Positions 12,601 to 27,600 of a stretch of DNA of 64,000 nucleotides are shown piece after piece. Position numbers and translations under genes: made by a program. The stretch comes from Lytechinus pictus (Eukaryota), in the NCBI RefSeq assembly GCF_037042905.1, contig NC_087251.1, forward strand, positions 35,156,001 through 35,220,000, in the 5' to 3' direction. The stretch's first letter is position 1. The number at the start of each line of letters is the position of its first letter. Below the pieces are notes generated by a model that was not told the DNA's origin, ran no database searches, and was given only the letters and a program-made list of their open reading frames with translations.

Positions 12601-15600
12601 CTTTCGCGGGGATTTTTCCAAGGTCGTGGGTATTTTGGCGGTCTGAAAGCAAATTACGGGAACTTTTAGCCCAGCGTGTCGTTGGGTGCGGCGCCGTGGG
12701 TGGCTGCTGGGCTAGTGATTTTGAATCTCGCGCCTTGCTTGCTTATCAGACCATACTGCGCATGCTCGTAACTTCAGGAACTACTTCAGGAACTTATCCC
12801 GAAGGGTATGTTTCAGGGCGGTGTGAATGCAGGAATAATTAATGGGTATTTTTCAGCCTAAAAATGTTCTCGTAATTTAACGGGGATTCTTGTGATCGAG
12901 GCGGTTTGAAACCACCTATCACCACAATTTAAAGAACCATTTTCATTGTATTATCACAGGGTGCTACATAAGCACCTGCCCGATTGCCCGGGGCAAGTAA
13001 AAGTTGAAGTCGGGCAAGTGTTTTGAAGTAAAGACCAAAACTACTTGCCCGAATTGGGCAAGGAAAATTATCACAGTAGAATTACCAAAATTAGGGTCGA
13101 TGTGATATATCTACCCTAAATTTGGTCATGGCGGGCACGATAAAATAACTTTGGAAAAAGAAATGCAAGAACATGGTACATCAGTTCATGTCAAAAGAGA
13201 GGAAAAAAAGGTCAATGGTTTATAAAACCGCAATATTTTTTTTTTTAAGAGGTAAAACTTTGTTTTCAAGGATTTTTTGTGAAATAGTGAAATAGATATT
13301 TGGGCAAGTATATTTCAACTATTTGAAAATTTACTTGCCCGACAGGGCAAGTGCTTCTAAAAAGTTTTTTTTTTATGTAGCACCCTGTATCATTATGTCC
13401 TTATTTGTTGAAAGACGGCAGAGTTATTCCAACTTTCAACTGTCCTGAACTAAACCACAATTATTGACGATTTGTCCTCGTTATTCCCCAGACGTGAATG
13501 AGTGCTCGGATGAGACCGCGTGTGAGCATGGACAGTGTATCAACATAGAGGGCTCTTTCCGCTGTCGATGTCCGCAAGGATTCACTACGAATCCAACACA
13601 AACAGACTGCATAGGTCAGTATTATTCTTTCACTCAGTCCTGCCCATGCTATTACGTACCAAGGAAGAGCTTCATAACAAGGTTTTTCAGCTGCATTGTT
13701 ATGAGCCAAAATACCTGCATCTGATTGACTCCAACCAATTTTTTAAAGTGAATATCAGTTATTTTTTTATTTGTTTTTTTGTCATAAAAAGAATTGGACC
13801 TTTTTATTGTTTTTTATTGTTATTTTCATTTTGTATAATTTCTTGTGTGTCCTCACCTTTGTTCACCCATTGACCTTGACTCACAAAAATTTAGAAGTCA
13901 TTTTGAAATTAATGCATATTATCTGACCTTCACGAAATGACTTGATCAATTAGTGAAATGCACTCTTTGAAATATATACTCATTAAATAAGGAATAAATA
14001 TGACAGATTGTCTTTGTTTGAAGCAGTGATGGATGGGGGGAGGGGGGATAAAGTTTAGAGCAGCACCTCTCAACCTGTTCTTCCTCGAGGACAGATTTGA
14101 CTCTAATATTTTTTTCGAGGACCACCTACCAAAATTTTACGAAAACGTCAATTTTGATGAAAGATGTTTTGTGAAATTTGAACACAGAGCTCTGAAGCAC
14201 ATTCAAAACAAACAGTTTGAGAACTAATCTGCATTCGCAAATGTCTGGTAAATGGGCCACAATTAACTACATACACAATATGCATGCACATAAGGTTTAC
14301 ATCAAAATGAGATCAAAACCATCATAGTGTGCATTTGCATGCTTTGCAGCATGCATGATACCTAAAATAAATCGTGCTTTAGTTTTGTTTGACCCACGAA
14401 GACCGATCGGACATAACATGTTCGGATAGGCCTGTGACATATACTATGGTAGTACTATAGCTTTCTCGGGAGCTTCTCGCGGCCCACCTGAGAGAGCTTC
14501 GCGGCCCAACGGTTGAGAAGCACTGGTTTAGAGGTTTAACCACCCCTTGTACTCCCTAAAGAGGGAGAGGGGAGGGATCAAACTCCAACACCCCTTTCCC
14601 TGCTGCCAAGGGTTGTCAAGTTGTGTAGCAGCTCATCACCTCTGGGTCAAACCACCTTGTCAAATCTCCATCTAAGCAAATAACTACATATGTTATGAAA
14701 AGTCTATATTTCACAGAAAAAATCTTTTATTTTTTCGTTTAAGTCATGTACATTTGTAATCATGTCCATTAAAGACTGAATGTGGTCATTTATATTTATT
14801 CCCTCGTAAAAGATAAGCAATAATTGACAGGCACTTTGGGCATTGCTCCAGTTTTGAAGCCGAAGAGAGTTAAAATACGAGATGGAAGCCATCAACCAAG
14901 TTCACACGATCTTGCGGTTTGAGAACCTCTTCATTGGATTGCCTCAAGGGCCGTAAAAAACAGAGTTTACATCCCCGTAATACTTTCTCTTTGGATTCTT
15001 TATCTCTGTTTGTGTTCCTTACTTTCTGAACCTGAACACCAGACCTGTTTCTCCTCTGGGGGGATATGATGTCTTTATTGCACTAAGAACTGCTGAGTAA
15101 CACTTTCTAAAAAAAAAATAATGTAGTTTTCCTGATGAATTTTTACAATCATTTTTTCCATATCACCACTTAATCACCTACCGATATATTCTTTTCTTTT
15201 TTTCGAAGGAAAAATGTCTTTTATGTGAACATTTTCCCTCAATACACCATGTTTTGCTATGATTTTTTTAAACTTGAATACAAAATTGGCAATATGATTC
15301 ATTCAGTGGTGATCCAGGGGGAAGGTTTGTTTTTCTTCTATTTTGTATAAAAGTTTTTACATGACATTTTCCATCTAGGAATATAAGAGTGACTTAAATA
15401 TTGGTAAGATGGTACATTGAATTGTGTTGAATGGTGTTTCACAAAAAATGATACTGGTTTTGTAAAGTAAATACAGTGAAAACTGTATATAAAGACCACC
15501 CAAATGAGACAAGTAAAGTCTTTATGGACAGATCGCTTTAATACAAGTTTTGGAATTCTATTTAAGGGAAACCAAATTGTGGTCTTTGTACATGTAGATA

Positions 15601-16343
15601 GCTAGTCCTTATAGTTTTTCCCAAAGGTGTGACTGTAATATTTCTATTTGAATTTATAATAAGTATATGTGGGGAAGTCAATTTGTTTATTGAATTAAAT
15701 GAAAGCATTTATGTACGCAAATTTACAACACCCATATGCTTAACTTTGTTTCTCTTTCACTGATTTCTCTAGAAGATGGTTGAATGGGTGTCTCATTCCT
15801 ATTATGCTTGAAACATATCAGTTCTATTGTGGTAGTAATATTCCTGGGGGCGCCACCATTTAATTCTTGGGATTTTATGATTCACCTGCGCAATGTGGTC
15901 GAATATGTTTATAATTTTATTCCATTTCCCCCAACCACAAGCCAAGCACAAAGGGGTTGTCAACCTTTCAGAGTAATCCATTTAAACAGTACTTCCATGT
16001 ACTCTGTGTGTATTCCCATGATGGAGTGGTAATGTGCTGTCATCCATCATGGTATGCAAGTCTATTTATCTATGCAACTTTACAGAATATGTCTGAAGTA
16101 AAAACAGCACTTCTCATTGCATTCTGATTTCACAATGCTTTCCCCAAGAAAAGTGGGTGATATGATATCACGTTTTATGTTGAATGTATAACTTGTTTAT
16201 TGAGAAATATGATTGAACTACATGTATGAATAAAACTTGCAGGTATTTGTGTTAACTTTTTTAAAATAAATTATTGTGTTTTCTACATTCAGATAGTGCT
16301 TGATACGATTCAATCAAATGAATAATAATAATAATAATGATGG

Positions 16344-16374
<31 letters not shown>

Positions 16375-19300
16375 GGTGATGATGATGTTGATGATGTTGT
16401 TGATGATGATGATATTGATGATGATGCTGATGATAATTATGATAATAGTAATAATAATGATAATTATAATAATGATATTTTTGATGATAATGCTGATAAT
16501 ATTAGTGATAATAATTATTATGATAATCATGTTTTTACGAATATATCTGTTCCAATTTAGACATCGATGAGTGTGGACAGGCCCGAGACACACCCCTGTG
16601 TGGTGAAGAGGCCATCTGTGTGAATGAAGTAGGAGATTATAGGTGTGTTTGCACTGGGGATACTGTGTATGATAGTGAATCAAGAACTTGCCAGGAGCCT
16701 GCAGCACAGGGCACACCAGAAATAGGTGAGTTTATCTCTCATAAGCATTGATGCAGGGCTTAAATTAATCCAAGCCCACAGTTTTTAGTGCTCTATTGAT
16801 TGAATTTGTTTTTGTTTGAATTTGTTCTGTAAAATAGAAATGTGCCCTAGATAAAAAAAATGGCCTTGCCATAAGAATATCAAAGTTTAGTATACATTTT
16901 TTTCATTCTGCATTGGATTTGGACTTGGTCGATAAAAAGTCAAAAACTTTTTGTGATGAATGTTCTTATGGTAAATTAAATTTAACCTTTAAAATGAGAA
17001 GTATAACAGTAGCTTGCAGGTCTTTAATTAACTGAATGTCATGCGGTGCATGCCCTGTTCACCGTCTTTGATGCATGGCCCTCTTATTGGCGTAGGTGAT
17101 TTTTGGTGCCTTTTTGAAAAAAAATTCCAGATAATCTGTGATACCAATGTGCCCTATGGAAAAGAGCTTTGCCTAAAATATAAAAATTTAAGACCAAAGT
17201 TTGTCCTGTATCATTTCATTCAGACTGTCCTGAAAACAATTTATGTTCATTACCCACTCCCTTGAGTGTTAAAAAAATTAATTTGGCATCAAGTGGCTAT
17301 TTCTTTTTTGATAACATAACTTGACTGGCTTTACGTAGGCCTACATTGAAAAAATGGGAGAGTTGGTTCATTATACTGCAGCAATGATATCATTAGTGAT
17401 AACAATGATGGCAAGAACAGCAGCGAAACATTAACAAAAAAAAATAACTATGAAATATTTATCAACAATAAGCAGTCAATGCTTGCATACATGTACATTT
17501 CATATTGATATATTTATTCTTGTTTTATTACAGTTAAAGTGGAGAGGAAGGATGATTGTTATGGCAGCATTAGAAAAGTAAACTTCTGTTCAAATTTACT
17601 TGGTTCTAATATAACTCGAGAATGTTGCTGCAATGTTGGGCAGCCAATAATATTGATTCATTTTTAATGATATTTTTTTCTTCATCTTATTTCAGTCGAG
17701 GTGGAGAGGAAGGATTGCTATGGCAGTATCAGTGATATAAACTTCTGTTCCAATGTGCTTGGTTCTAATATCACTCAGCAAGAATGTTGCTGCACCGTTG
17801 GGGCTGGGTGGGGTGATGACTGTGACCTCATTGTCTGCCCCTCACAAGGCACACGTAAGCATATGTGAAGATATGTAATAAATACCTGTCAACCAGTACA
17901 ATTTTCCTGTATTTGGTAGACTTTTCTATTAAGTATGGGTATACAATATTTCTTGATCTTAATACATCATTAGAAAAAAGATTGAATGATTTACATCATT
18001 CTCATTCTTCTTGGCTTTTCATGGTACAGTGCTCTTGCATCAATTTTTATTGTGATTTGCAAGTGTGTGTTTAAAGTGAAAATTCATGTTAAAAATGGAG
18101 CACCAGTTAAAAAATCATGGTAAAAAGTATTTTTTTAGCTCTCATTTCATAAACAATAAAGGAGAGAGAGACTAGAAAATAGGAAAGTCTGTTTTTTTAT
18201 CATTAGTCTTCATGGTTATTTATTTTATTTTTTTAAGGAAAACTAGCTTTTCTTGATGTTCAATATTGTTGTATTTATTCATATTGGTTTATAGTGAGGC
18301 AGTTGTTGATTTTGAAGATGTACTTTTAAAATTAGTGCTCAATTAGGCTACGCGAGCTTTAATTCATCCATTGATAGAAACTGTAATGTTGCTGTGTGTT
18401 GTTATATTTTCAGTTGCATACAATGAGACGTGTCCCGTTGGTAAAGGCAAACATGTTATCACACAGAGAAGACCAATAGAAACTATCAATATACCAGACA
18501 CTTACCCTGAAGCAGCTGCACATCCATCAGCAGGACAAGAAGCCAGCATCTTGGGTATAACTTATCATCTTTCATTATTTCCTATTTTATTTCATTTCAT
18601 TTTTAGGATGTATCTATGATTATGAATTAGAATTGTTAGTTCTATTGTCTTGCCTGCATAGCAGAAAGGAGACATACATGTAGGCACTGCTTTTCCGATA
18701 GCTGCGACTTTGTAAACAAGGCTAGGCTTTTGAAATGTCATCATAACTTGAAAGTATATGTTTTTTTTAACGACACTTGGACTTTTAAGGGTAATCAAGT
18801 ATCATAGATCATCTTGCATGAGTTCAGGTCATGTGATCAAGATCAAAGGTCATTTTGTGTCAAACTTTAGCCATTCTTGATATCAACACAAAAAACTTAC
18901 ACATAATTTCTATCAAGTATCTGCAAATGGATGAATGAACTTTCAGATCACTAAGCGAAGGTCAAAGGTCATTTTTTAGGTCAATGATCTTATTTCCTCA
19001 AATTAATGGGTTATTTTTCTGAATAATTATTCATCTTAGTTGTGTTCAATGTCAGCAATGCTACTATATTGAATCATGCAATGCAGGCAAAATTGCCGGC
19101 GACATTCCACTTGTTTGTCATCACATATATAAGAGCACTTAAATTATATGTTAGAATTCAATAGTGCTATCAAAATGAACATGTCATGTGGGCCCCATCT
19201 TACAAAGAGTTACGGTTCATCTGATCAACCACAACTTTGGCAAGTCAGCAACATCTAAAATGCATGTTTGTTCGAAATATTTTCTAGATATGATGTAAAG

Positions 19301-21575
19301 TCATACATTTATTGTTTTCTTGAAAATTCTGGGTGCTTTGCTTTGCTTACAAAGGACATTGTGCAAATTTCCTCGAGGCAAAAATTAGGACACTGTTGGA
19401 TTTCCATATCGTTTAGGTTGATCGGATCAATCGTAACTCTTTGTAAGACAGGGCCCAGGTCCCATGAGTGACAGGCACTGCTTGAGCCATCACAGATATA
19501 ATATATCAGTTAAAGATCATTATATTATAAACAGATTAAAAAAGAGCATGAATTTTTTTAAAAAGACAGAATATCCTTTGAAATGATCAACTAGTATGCG
19601 TAATACTCTCTTTTCACATCCGCTTACACTCTCACTGAGCTAATACATGTATGTAGTCAATAATTTTTATTCCTTTTCATCCCTTTTTTCTCCTTTTTGT
19701 CTTACAATAGGCATAAATGAATGTGAAATCTTCCCAGAGATTTGTGGGGCTGCAACTTGTGTGGACAAAGAAATCTTGTTTGATTGTAATTGTCCTGAGG
19801 GCTACAAGTTTGATGATGGTAGCAAGACCTGCACAGGTACATTCATGATATAACTTGTATTACACACAACAAGGCTTTGAGCAGACAAAAGGAGGGACAA
19901 GATTTTTTTGCCCCACCTATCTTTTGTCTGCCCTATGTTAGATAGGAGGGGAAACAAAATCTGCCGTCCCTCCTATCTCTTTTGTTTGCCTTTGGTTTAT
20001 TGTGTTCATTCATGTTTTGAAGTTTAATTATGTGATTTTCTTGGTTGCAGAAAGTGTAAAGCATGTTCATGTTCAGTTTGTAATGATTATGAACCCAGTG
20101 GCAAACAGCTTTACATCCTTTTAGATGAATTATTAATGAGATTTAGACATATGGTATTGTTTGTCTAGTGATTGCTTTTAATTGATGACAGAATAATAAA
20201 ACAATGCTCATCATAAATATAACCCTGTTGAGAACTAGGTATTGTGTGGGAATTACATTCGGTGTATGTTTATTTTTTTTCTGAAGAAAGCTTTGTTTGA
20301 ATGGATGTGTGCTTAATTTTGTTCCTATTCAGTTTATGACTACTGCTTTGTATACCAAGGAATTTGTGGAAATGGAACTTGTGAAAACACAGAGAGCAGC
20401 TACAACTGTAAATGCCCTGGAAGTTATGAATTTGACTCTAGCCTTCGAATATGCATATGTGAGTTGAGTTTAAATCGATTTAATACATATAAGATATTGA
20501 TCTATTAATATTGGTATATTAGTATATGAGGTGTCAATATATCAATATTGATACATTTATATTAATCAATTATCAATTAGATATCCTACACTGTACATGC
20601 ATATGTGAACAGTATTGCTATTCACCTATTTGATGATCAATTTTAGTGATGATTTTAAAAACTCTACTTTATTTTTGTTTCATCTTTGAGTGATCATGTC
20701 TTTTGCAGGAACTAGCGCATTGTTAAAAAAAAATTTCTCTAATTCTTAGTAATTTGTGTGAGGCCTGAAGCATGGCCATGAATAGCATTTTTCTATAGGG
20801 AAAATACATTTTAAAGTTTAAAAATGTATTTGAGCGAGGGAGGGAAGTGACTGACCTTACCACAAAGGAGTTTTCTGTATGTTAAAGTGGGAAAGTTTCC
20901 AATTAAAAGATATGTTCTGAATATCTTTTTTTTGGGGGGGGGTGGGGGGGATTTCCCCCCTTGTACTGTCTACATTCATTTTCTAAGGGGTTTACTCACC
21001 TCATAACATGAAGGAGAAAGAAGAAGGGAGGAGGAAGAAGGGCAGGGGTAGTGGAGAAGGAGGAGGAAAATTGGAAAAAGAGAAGATGATAAGGAAGAAA
21101 TGGAGGAATAGATTGGGAGGGGGAATGATACAGTAGAATGCAATTAATCTAGCTTGATCTAGCTATTAAACACACCCTTTTAGATGAGAACTACCTCCAT
21201 TTGGCATATCATTCTTCTTCCTCTCTTTAAAAGGGTTCTAAATTGCATTAAACATTTTTGCTGAATCATCGCAAAAATCTGCTTGCAAATAAGGTTGTCA
21301 TATTTGATTGAATCAGACAATTATTATCTGTCCCTTGGCGTTGTGGTTTCCTGTGACTAGTAAATCCTGAGTACAATGGTGCTCAGCAATATCAGTTTTA
21401 TCCTTTGACTATCTTTCTTTCTTTCTATATATTTACTAGCTACCCATCTATCACTTTATCTATCTATCTTTCTATCTATCTGTATGTCTATCTATCTGTC
21501 TATCTATCTATATATCTATCTATCTATCTATTTATCTGTATGTCTATCTATCTATCTATCAATCTGTCTGTCTGT

Positions 21576-21611
<36 letters not shown>

Positions 21612-24600
21612 TTATCTAATCATCCATCTATTATATCTCCCTGTATCTATCTACATGTACTTTCCCAGCTATCTATCTATCCCTGTATCTACTTAGTATT
21701 ATTGAATATTTATATTATATTGGATGGCTCAGAATGGAATACCAGAAATATTCCAAGAGTTTGGGCAATATTCCACGAATCGCAGATGAGTGGAACATTG
21801 GCCCTAACGAGTGGAATATTTCTGGTATGCCATGAAATGAAGCTATCCGATATAATTATTATCATCTATCCCACCCCCCCCCCCCAAAAAAAAAAGAGGG
21901 AAAAATTTGATTGAACAAGTCATATCACTTATCACATTATGGCATCATCACTTCATTAAGATCAATTTTGTCGTTGACACCCGACTTATGTGTAGTTCAT
22001 CACGACGTCATTGAGTGTCATTGTGCTCTATGTTGCGCATCACATTGCATAATTCACACATTCGCGCATGTGTACTAGACTGTTGTATACGGTCTCATTT
22101 TTCAGTGGCAAATTTTGTACAGGAGCCTATGGGATATTGGTTGGATTTTGGTCCTTTTTAGGGATACACTCTGATACTGCACGGGCAATAGATGAAGGCC
22201 AAAATACACGTTTTTAACGCATCGCCAAAACGGTCTATGTAGATGATAGAAGTAAAAGTTTAAAGGCATTTAAACACTTCAATATGAAATCATAATATCC
22301 ATCATATCGTGAAGACCATTTCTAGCTCAATGATGTTCTTAACCCGTTGCCTCCGAGATTCTTTGAATCCCATATGTTTAACACAGGGAACCAACGGTTC
22401 CCGTAAGCAACGGGTTAATAAAAGGTATTTCCCGGATTGGCCGGATGTGTACTTTGTTTCAGTGGTAAACCATTGTGAATCAGCTGCTGATATTTGTGGA
22501 AATGGAACATGTGCGAGCACAGAGAGAGGTCCAGTGTGTAGCTGTCCGGAAGGTTATCAGTTCGTACCATCACGAAGGTCGTGCCAAGGTAAACACTCAA
22601 TGCATGATGCATTGCTAAATTGCCACTTGGTCTACACCTCCTTTGCCTATATTCCATGTCGTCTAATAGCCATTTAGCCCATTTACCATTTTGTCTAATT
22701 TCCATTTAGGCTATACCCATTTCATCTGATTTCCACTTAGTCTAACACCACTGAATCTTTGTGGTTAGATGAACTGTTCATGAACCAATTTTTTTTTTGA
22801 ACAGTGCAAAATAGTGAATAGACAGAGAGGATATTAAACCACCTGGGCATTTGATTAAATTACAATTTAGCCTAAGTTGGAATTAGACTGAGTGTATTAA
22901 AGACCAAACAGCGATTGTACCAACATGATAGTAGACTCAGTTGATGTAGTCCATGTACTACTTGTAGACCAAGTAATATAACCCAGTGTATTTGCCAACT
23001 ACTCAACTTTCGATCTGACTATGATTGGATTTGGAATAACACAAGATTCACTTGATGATTAAGTTTAGATCAGCTAAAATTGTATTCTTTCAATTAAACA
23101 AAAAATGTATATCAATTGAGGTTGAAAATTCAATTTCAATTTATTTCAACTGATATTGTCAACTAAAAAAAGCTTCATTGTTGAAATTTAGTTTTCAGTT
23201 TAATACATGCAATCTTACATTATATCCAGAGTGAATGTATCTCTGGTAGTAGTGATAGTAGTAGTCGTAGTCGTAGTAGTAGTAGTTCTTAAAGGAGAAT
23301 GAAACCCTTGAAACCAGCTGAATCCATATCAAAGAGAAAAATCAAAGAAACATATTGTTGAAAGTTTGAGGAAGATTGAATGAATAATAAGAAAGCTATG
23401 AGCATTTAAATATTGAGATCACTAGTGCCATGTAGATCCTCCCATCGGCAATGCGACCAAGATCTGTCTCACTTTTATAGAGTCTATCACAAGGTGAGGT
23501 GTTCTCTTTATGAGATGACAAGTACAGAGGTTTCACAACATTATACCATTGATGAATCGTTTGTCATATGATTAGAATAAGCAAAAAGAGATGTTTTGGG
23601 GTATATTTTCAGTGTCCAAATGGGAGAGTTGTACGTGTGTGACATCACAGATCTTGGTCGCATTGCCAATGGGAGGATCTCCATAGCATTAGTGATCTCG
23701 ACATTCAAATGCTCATAACTCTTTTATTGCTAGTCCTATTTTACTCAAAGTTTTGTTGATCTTATTCTTTGATTTTTCTGCTTTCACAAAAGCTAACTTG
23801 CTCCAAGAGTTTCATTCTCCTTTAAATTGAAACATCAAGTATATCTCAAATATCAAACACTTCTATTCAGTTAGATCATGGTTACAAAGGTATTCAATTT
23901 TAAGGAATGCAATAGTGATGTCCTAAATCTCTGTTTATCCCAGTCCAGGATTATTGTTTTGTATACAACGGTGTTTGTGGGAACGGTACATGTGTGAACA
24001 GACCTGATGGGTATGACTGCTATTGCCCTGAAGGACAGAGGTTCAGTGAAAGCACCAGTACTTGTGAAGGTATGTCACCAATAGCCTTATCCATCATCAT
24101 TTGATTGTTTAAAAAGTATTCATTTGGTATTTATTAAAAAAAATATGTAGACTTTGTGATCTTTCAAATATTTTTCATGTGTATTTAAAGTGATGTGAAT
24201 AAGTGTAATTGAATTGAACTTTGTGATCACGCTGCATAACAATATAACCTCTTCTTGAGCAAGATCCTGGTGGATCAACTAATGACAGGATGTGACTATT
24301 TCAAAAGCACTACTGCCAAAATAACACTTATCTCTACCACCATTCTTCAAGTTATACTGCCATTTTTAGACATAAATGATGGTCAGATCACAACAAAAGC
24401 ATCAATTATATGACACCAAGACCACTATTTTCCTTTACATGAATCCTACATCCACTACTTTTTCCACATAAATCCCTCTAATTTTATATACCAATATACC
24501 AGATGAACACTTATTTAAATAGATTAAGGAAAATGGATAAATCATGTTTTCACACTTGTATATAGACAATGTATGTCTATTGGAAATTACAAAATGTGAA

Positions 24601-27600
24601 CAAACAGAGATGCCAAGTCTCCCTTACTGTTGGCTATTAAAAGGATCCTTGAAAATTTGATTATTGCTCAAAACTGTACCAAAATACATTGGCTCCCTCT
24701 TATTTTGTGAATTTACCTATCAGAGCTGTGAGATAACGATCTGGGGTGTACTGAATCATCAGTAATTTCAAACTTTATGACAGTTAAGTATTAAAGTTAG
24801 ACAATGGTGAAATAACAAAGAACACTAAATATCCACGTTTGTGTAGATGTTTTCCCTGTAAAACTTAATCCAATACTACTCACTTTTTCCCATATTTGTT
24901 CTCCAGGGTCCACCTATAGGCCAATAGACAACAGGTTAGATTGAATACCAAGTAAAAGGAAATATATGACCAAAAAATACATTTGGCTCTTCACATTCAC
25001 AAATAACATCAATTCTAACTTTGATTAAAACAAATCTTTGAATTCTTGTCTCTTTATTCAGTGACCAATTTCTGTGTTGTGCTAAGTGGTATATGTGGCA
25101 ATGGAACGTGCATACCATCTTTGAATGGATACTCTTGTAGATGTCCAAGTGGGTTCCAGTTTGACAGTGATGCTGGTTACTGTGAAGGTGAGAGTTATGC
25201 TTGTGTACGCTATATACATATGTTTGGTTTTAAAGTACTGTATAAACTTATGTTGGTCATAACAGGGGGGGGGGGTGGTCCAAAGTAAAGAGGATAATAA
25301 TATTCCATAAAATATTCAATATCTTTTTTTTGGCACAACTAGCGCAACAGAAAGAAATCATCAGCGCCCAAACCAAATTGGTCTATAGAGCATAGCAGTT
25401 TTTTTGATAAAGGAGTAATATACAGTTGAAAGGCTATTTACAGCTACATGTAAGTTGGTAGAGCAGTGGACTCTTAAACTGGTGACTTGTGATCAAATCC
25501 AAGTCATTCAGAGTGTTAGAAACGCACCCAAGTTTATGAACATTACAAAGAAACATTTTGAAATATTGGAGGTAGGGGTGCCAGTGTGTTTGAGCCTATA
25601 ATCATATAAATGCTGTGTGCTTGCATGTTTACGTAAGGAAGTTTACTTTGAAAGTACCAAAAAAGATATAAACTAATATTTATGATTTTATTGACTATTT
25701 TGTTTGTTTATTTTCATTATACAGATATTGATCTCTGTGTAGATCACTCTGATCTATGTGGTAATGGTACATGTGTGGATCAGGGTCAGAACTTCATCTG
25801 TATTTGTCCCGAAGGATTTGAATTCTCAAATACCAAAGTCTGCATAGGTAAATATCATTGTACAATTGTCTTATTGCAAGTCTTTTTTATTTTTTTTTCT
25901 TCAAAAATAGCAAAATCAAATTGCTTCATTTAGGAGAGTCAACAGAAGATAAACAACATAATGGTTGTGATTTCTGGATTCAATTTTCATGTATTTTTAA
26001 TATGATTGTTCATATTTCATATATCTGCATGATTTGGATATTCACTTTTTGTATATTTTATTAATTTATTTACAGATATCAATGAATGTTCAACATCATC
26101 TCATTCTTGTGGTTTGGAAGCATCCTGTGTAAACACACACGGCAGTCATCATTGTGCTTGTCAGGCTGGCTTTGAGTTTGATCCAATAACAAGGACGTGT
26201 GATGGTGAGAAAATAGTATAAAATTGTATGAACCACTTTGACCCTTAGAATATTGAATAATCTAATATCATAGACCTTGTAAAGGCGCCACTCGGTTCCA
26301 CAAGTCAATGGGTTATTAGATCCAGGGGTGTATCCATGATTGACCAGTAGGGGGGTGGGGGCAGTGGTGTTCAATTTCAATTATCGCCATGCAACAAAAG
26401 AAAGAAAGAGGCAAGAAAAACAAAGAAACAGGGTTGGGGGACAGTCAAGGCTCGATCTCTCATCCCGGCCAACTCAACCATTCATGGATGGATCTAGGGT
26501 GGGGAGGATTGGGATGAGGGATATAAGTTTTTTTGTTTAAAGCTTGTAAGCAAAGGTGAGCTGAAATAAGACGAGATATATGACTCTATTTGAACATATT
26601 ATTTATCATCAGTGACAAAATATATTTGTTCATTGCAGATATCAATGAGTGTAGGATATCGCCTGATGTATGTGGTAACGCATCCTGTACCAATACAGAG
26701 GGTAGTTATAGATGCTCATGCGACTTTGGCTACATGTATAACTCAACTCTTGGCATGTGTATAGGTAAGAAATTGTATCTGTATTTATCGTTATGGTAAA
26801 CTTTTCAATTAGTAGAAAATAAATAATTTGTTGTGAGAGTACTTTTGGTATCTATCTTCAGATAACAAGTAAAAAAAGTTTCATGAATTTTCTCGAGGCG
26901 CCTTGCAAACAGTTAGAGCTGCATTAATCATGCAGGGATCCCTCAAGTATGTTTTCATCACCAAACCTCACATTCTACTAGACAACAAAACAATTGCAAT
27001 GCAGGAAGAACTGTTCTGGAATATGCTTAGTGCTTTTAGAGTGGGATTCAGAGCATTGACTTAATATCAGAGTGGCTCTTCGGCAAACCCAATACCCCAC
27101 TTTTCTTTTATGAATGAGAGGGTTAGCATTGTTAAGACAAATTTGCATAATTCTTTCAGGTAGATGTGGCACTGTCATTTGGTAAGGTGACATAAGAAAA
27201 TTGTTATTAAGGTTTTGGTTTATTTCCGTAATTTATATTTTATTGCTTTATATTTATAATTGATTGCTGTGTTATCCAGAGTTGGATCATTTCAGAAACA
27301 GAGGTACATACTCTAGTACACTTACGGTGAATGTGTAGTAAAAAGTTGTAAAAGAAGTTTTTACATTTTCATTATACTATAGTTATGAAGAATTACACAT
27401 CTTTAATAATGAAAGATTATGAAGTTGTCAAAACGCTTGTACAGCTCAGTAGGGCCGTCTGCACCATCCCGAGTTTTCAAATTAGCGCGCTATTTCGTAT
27501 CCGGCAAATTATCCCGATCTGAAAAATCTCGAGATAGTTTGCAGTGGAGACGAAATTATCGAGCTAGTTCGTAGGATTAATCTCGAGATTGCAATCCCAA

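Noticed and set aside
16261..16716. Poly-D/N, poly-M/I and poly-I ORFs in the track
   Set aside because: Translations of the (GAT)/(AAT) microsatellite; the real exon starts at 16561.
19720..19740. CEIFP motif identical to the LTBP1 TGF-beta-binding loop
   Set aside because: It lies at the start of an EGF domain ([11 protein letters not shown]), not in a TB domain; treated as coincidence.
21405..21914. 169-aa 'SIYL' repeat ORF
   Set aside because: Artefact of the (TCTA)n microsatellite.
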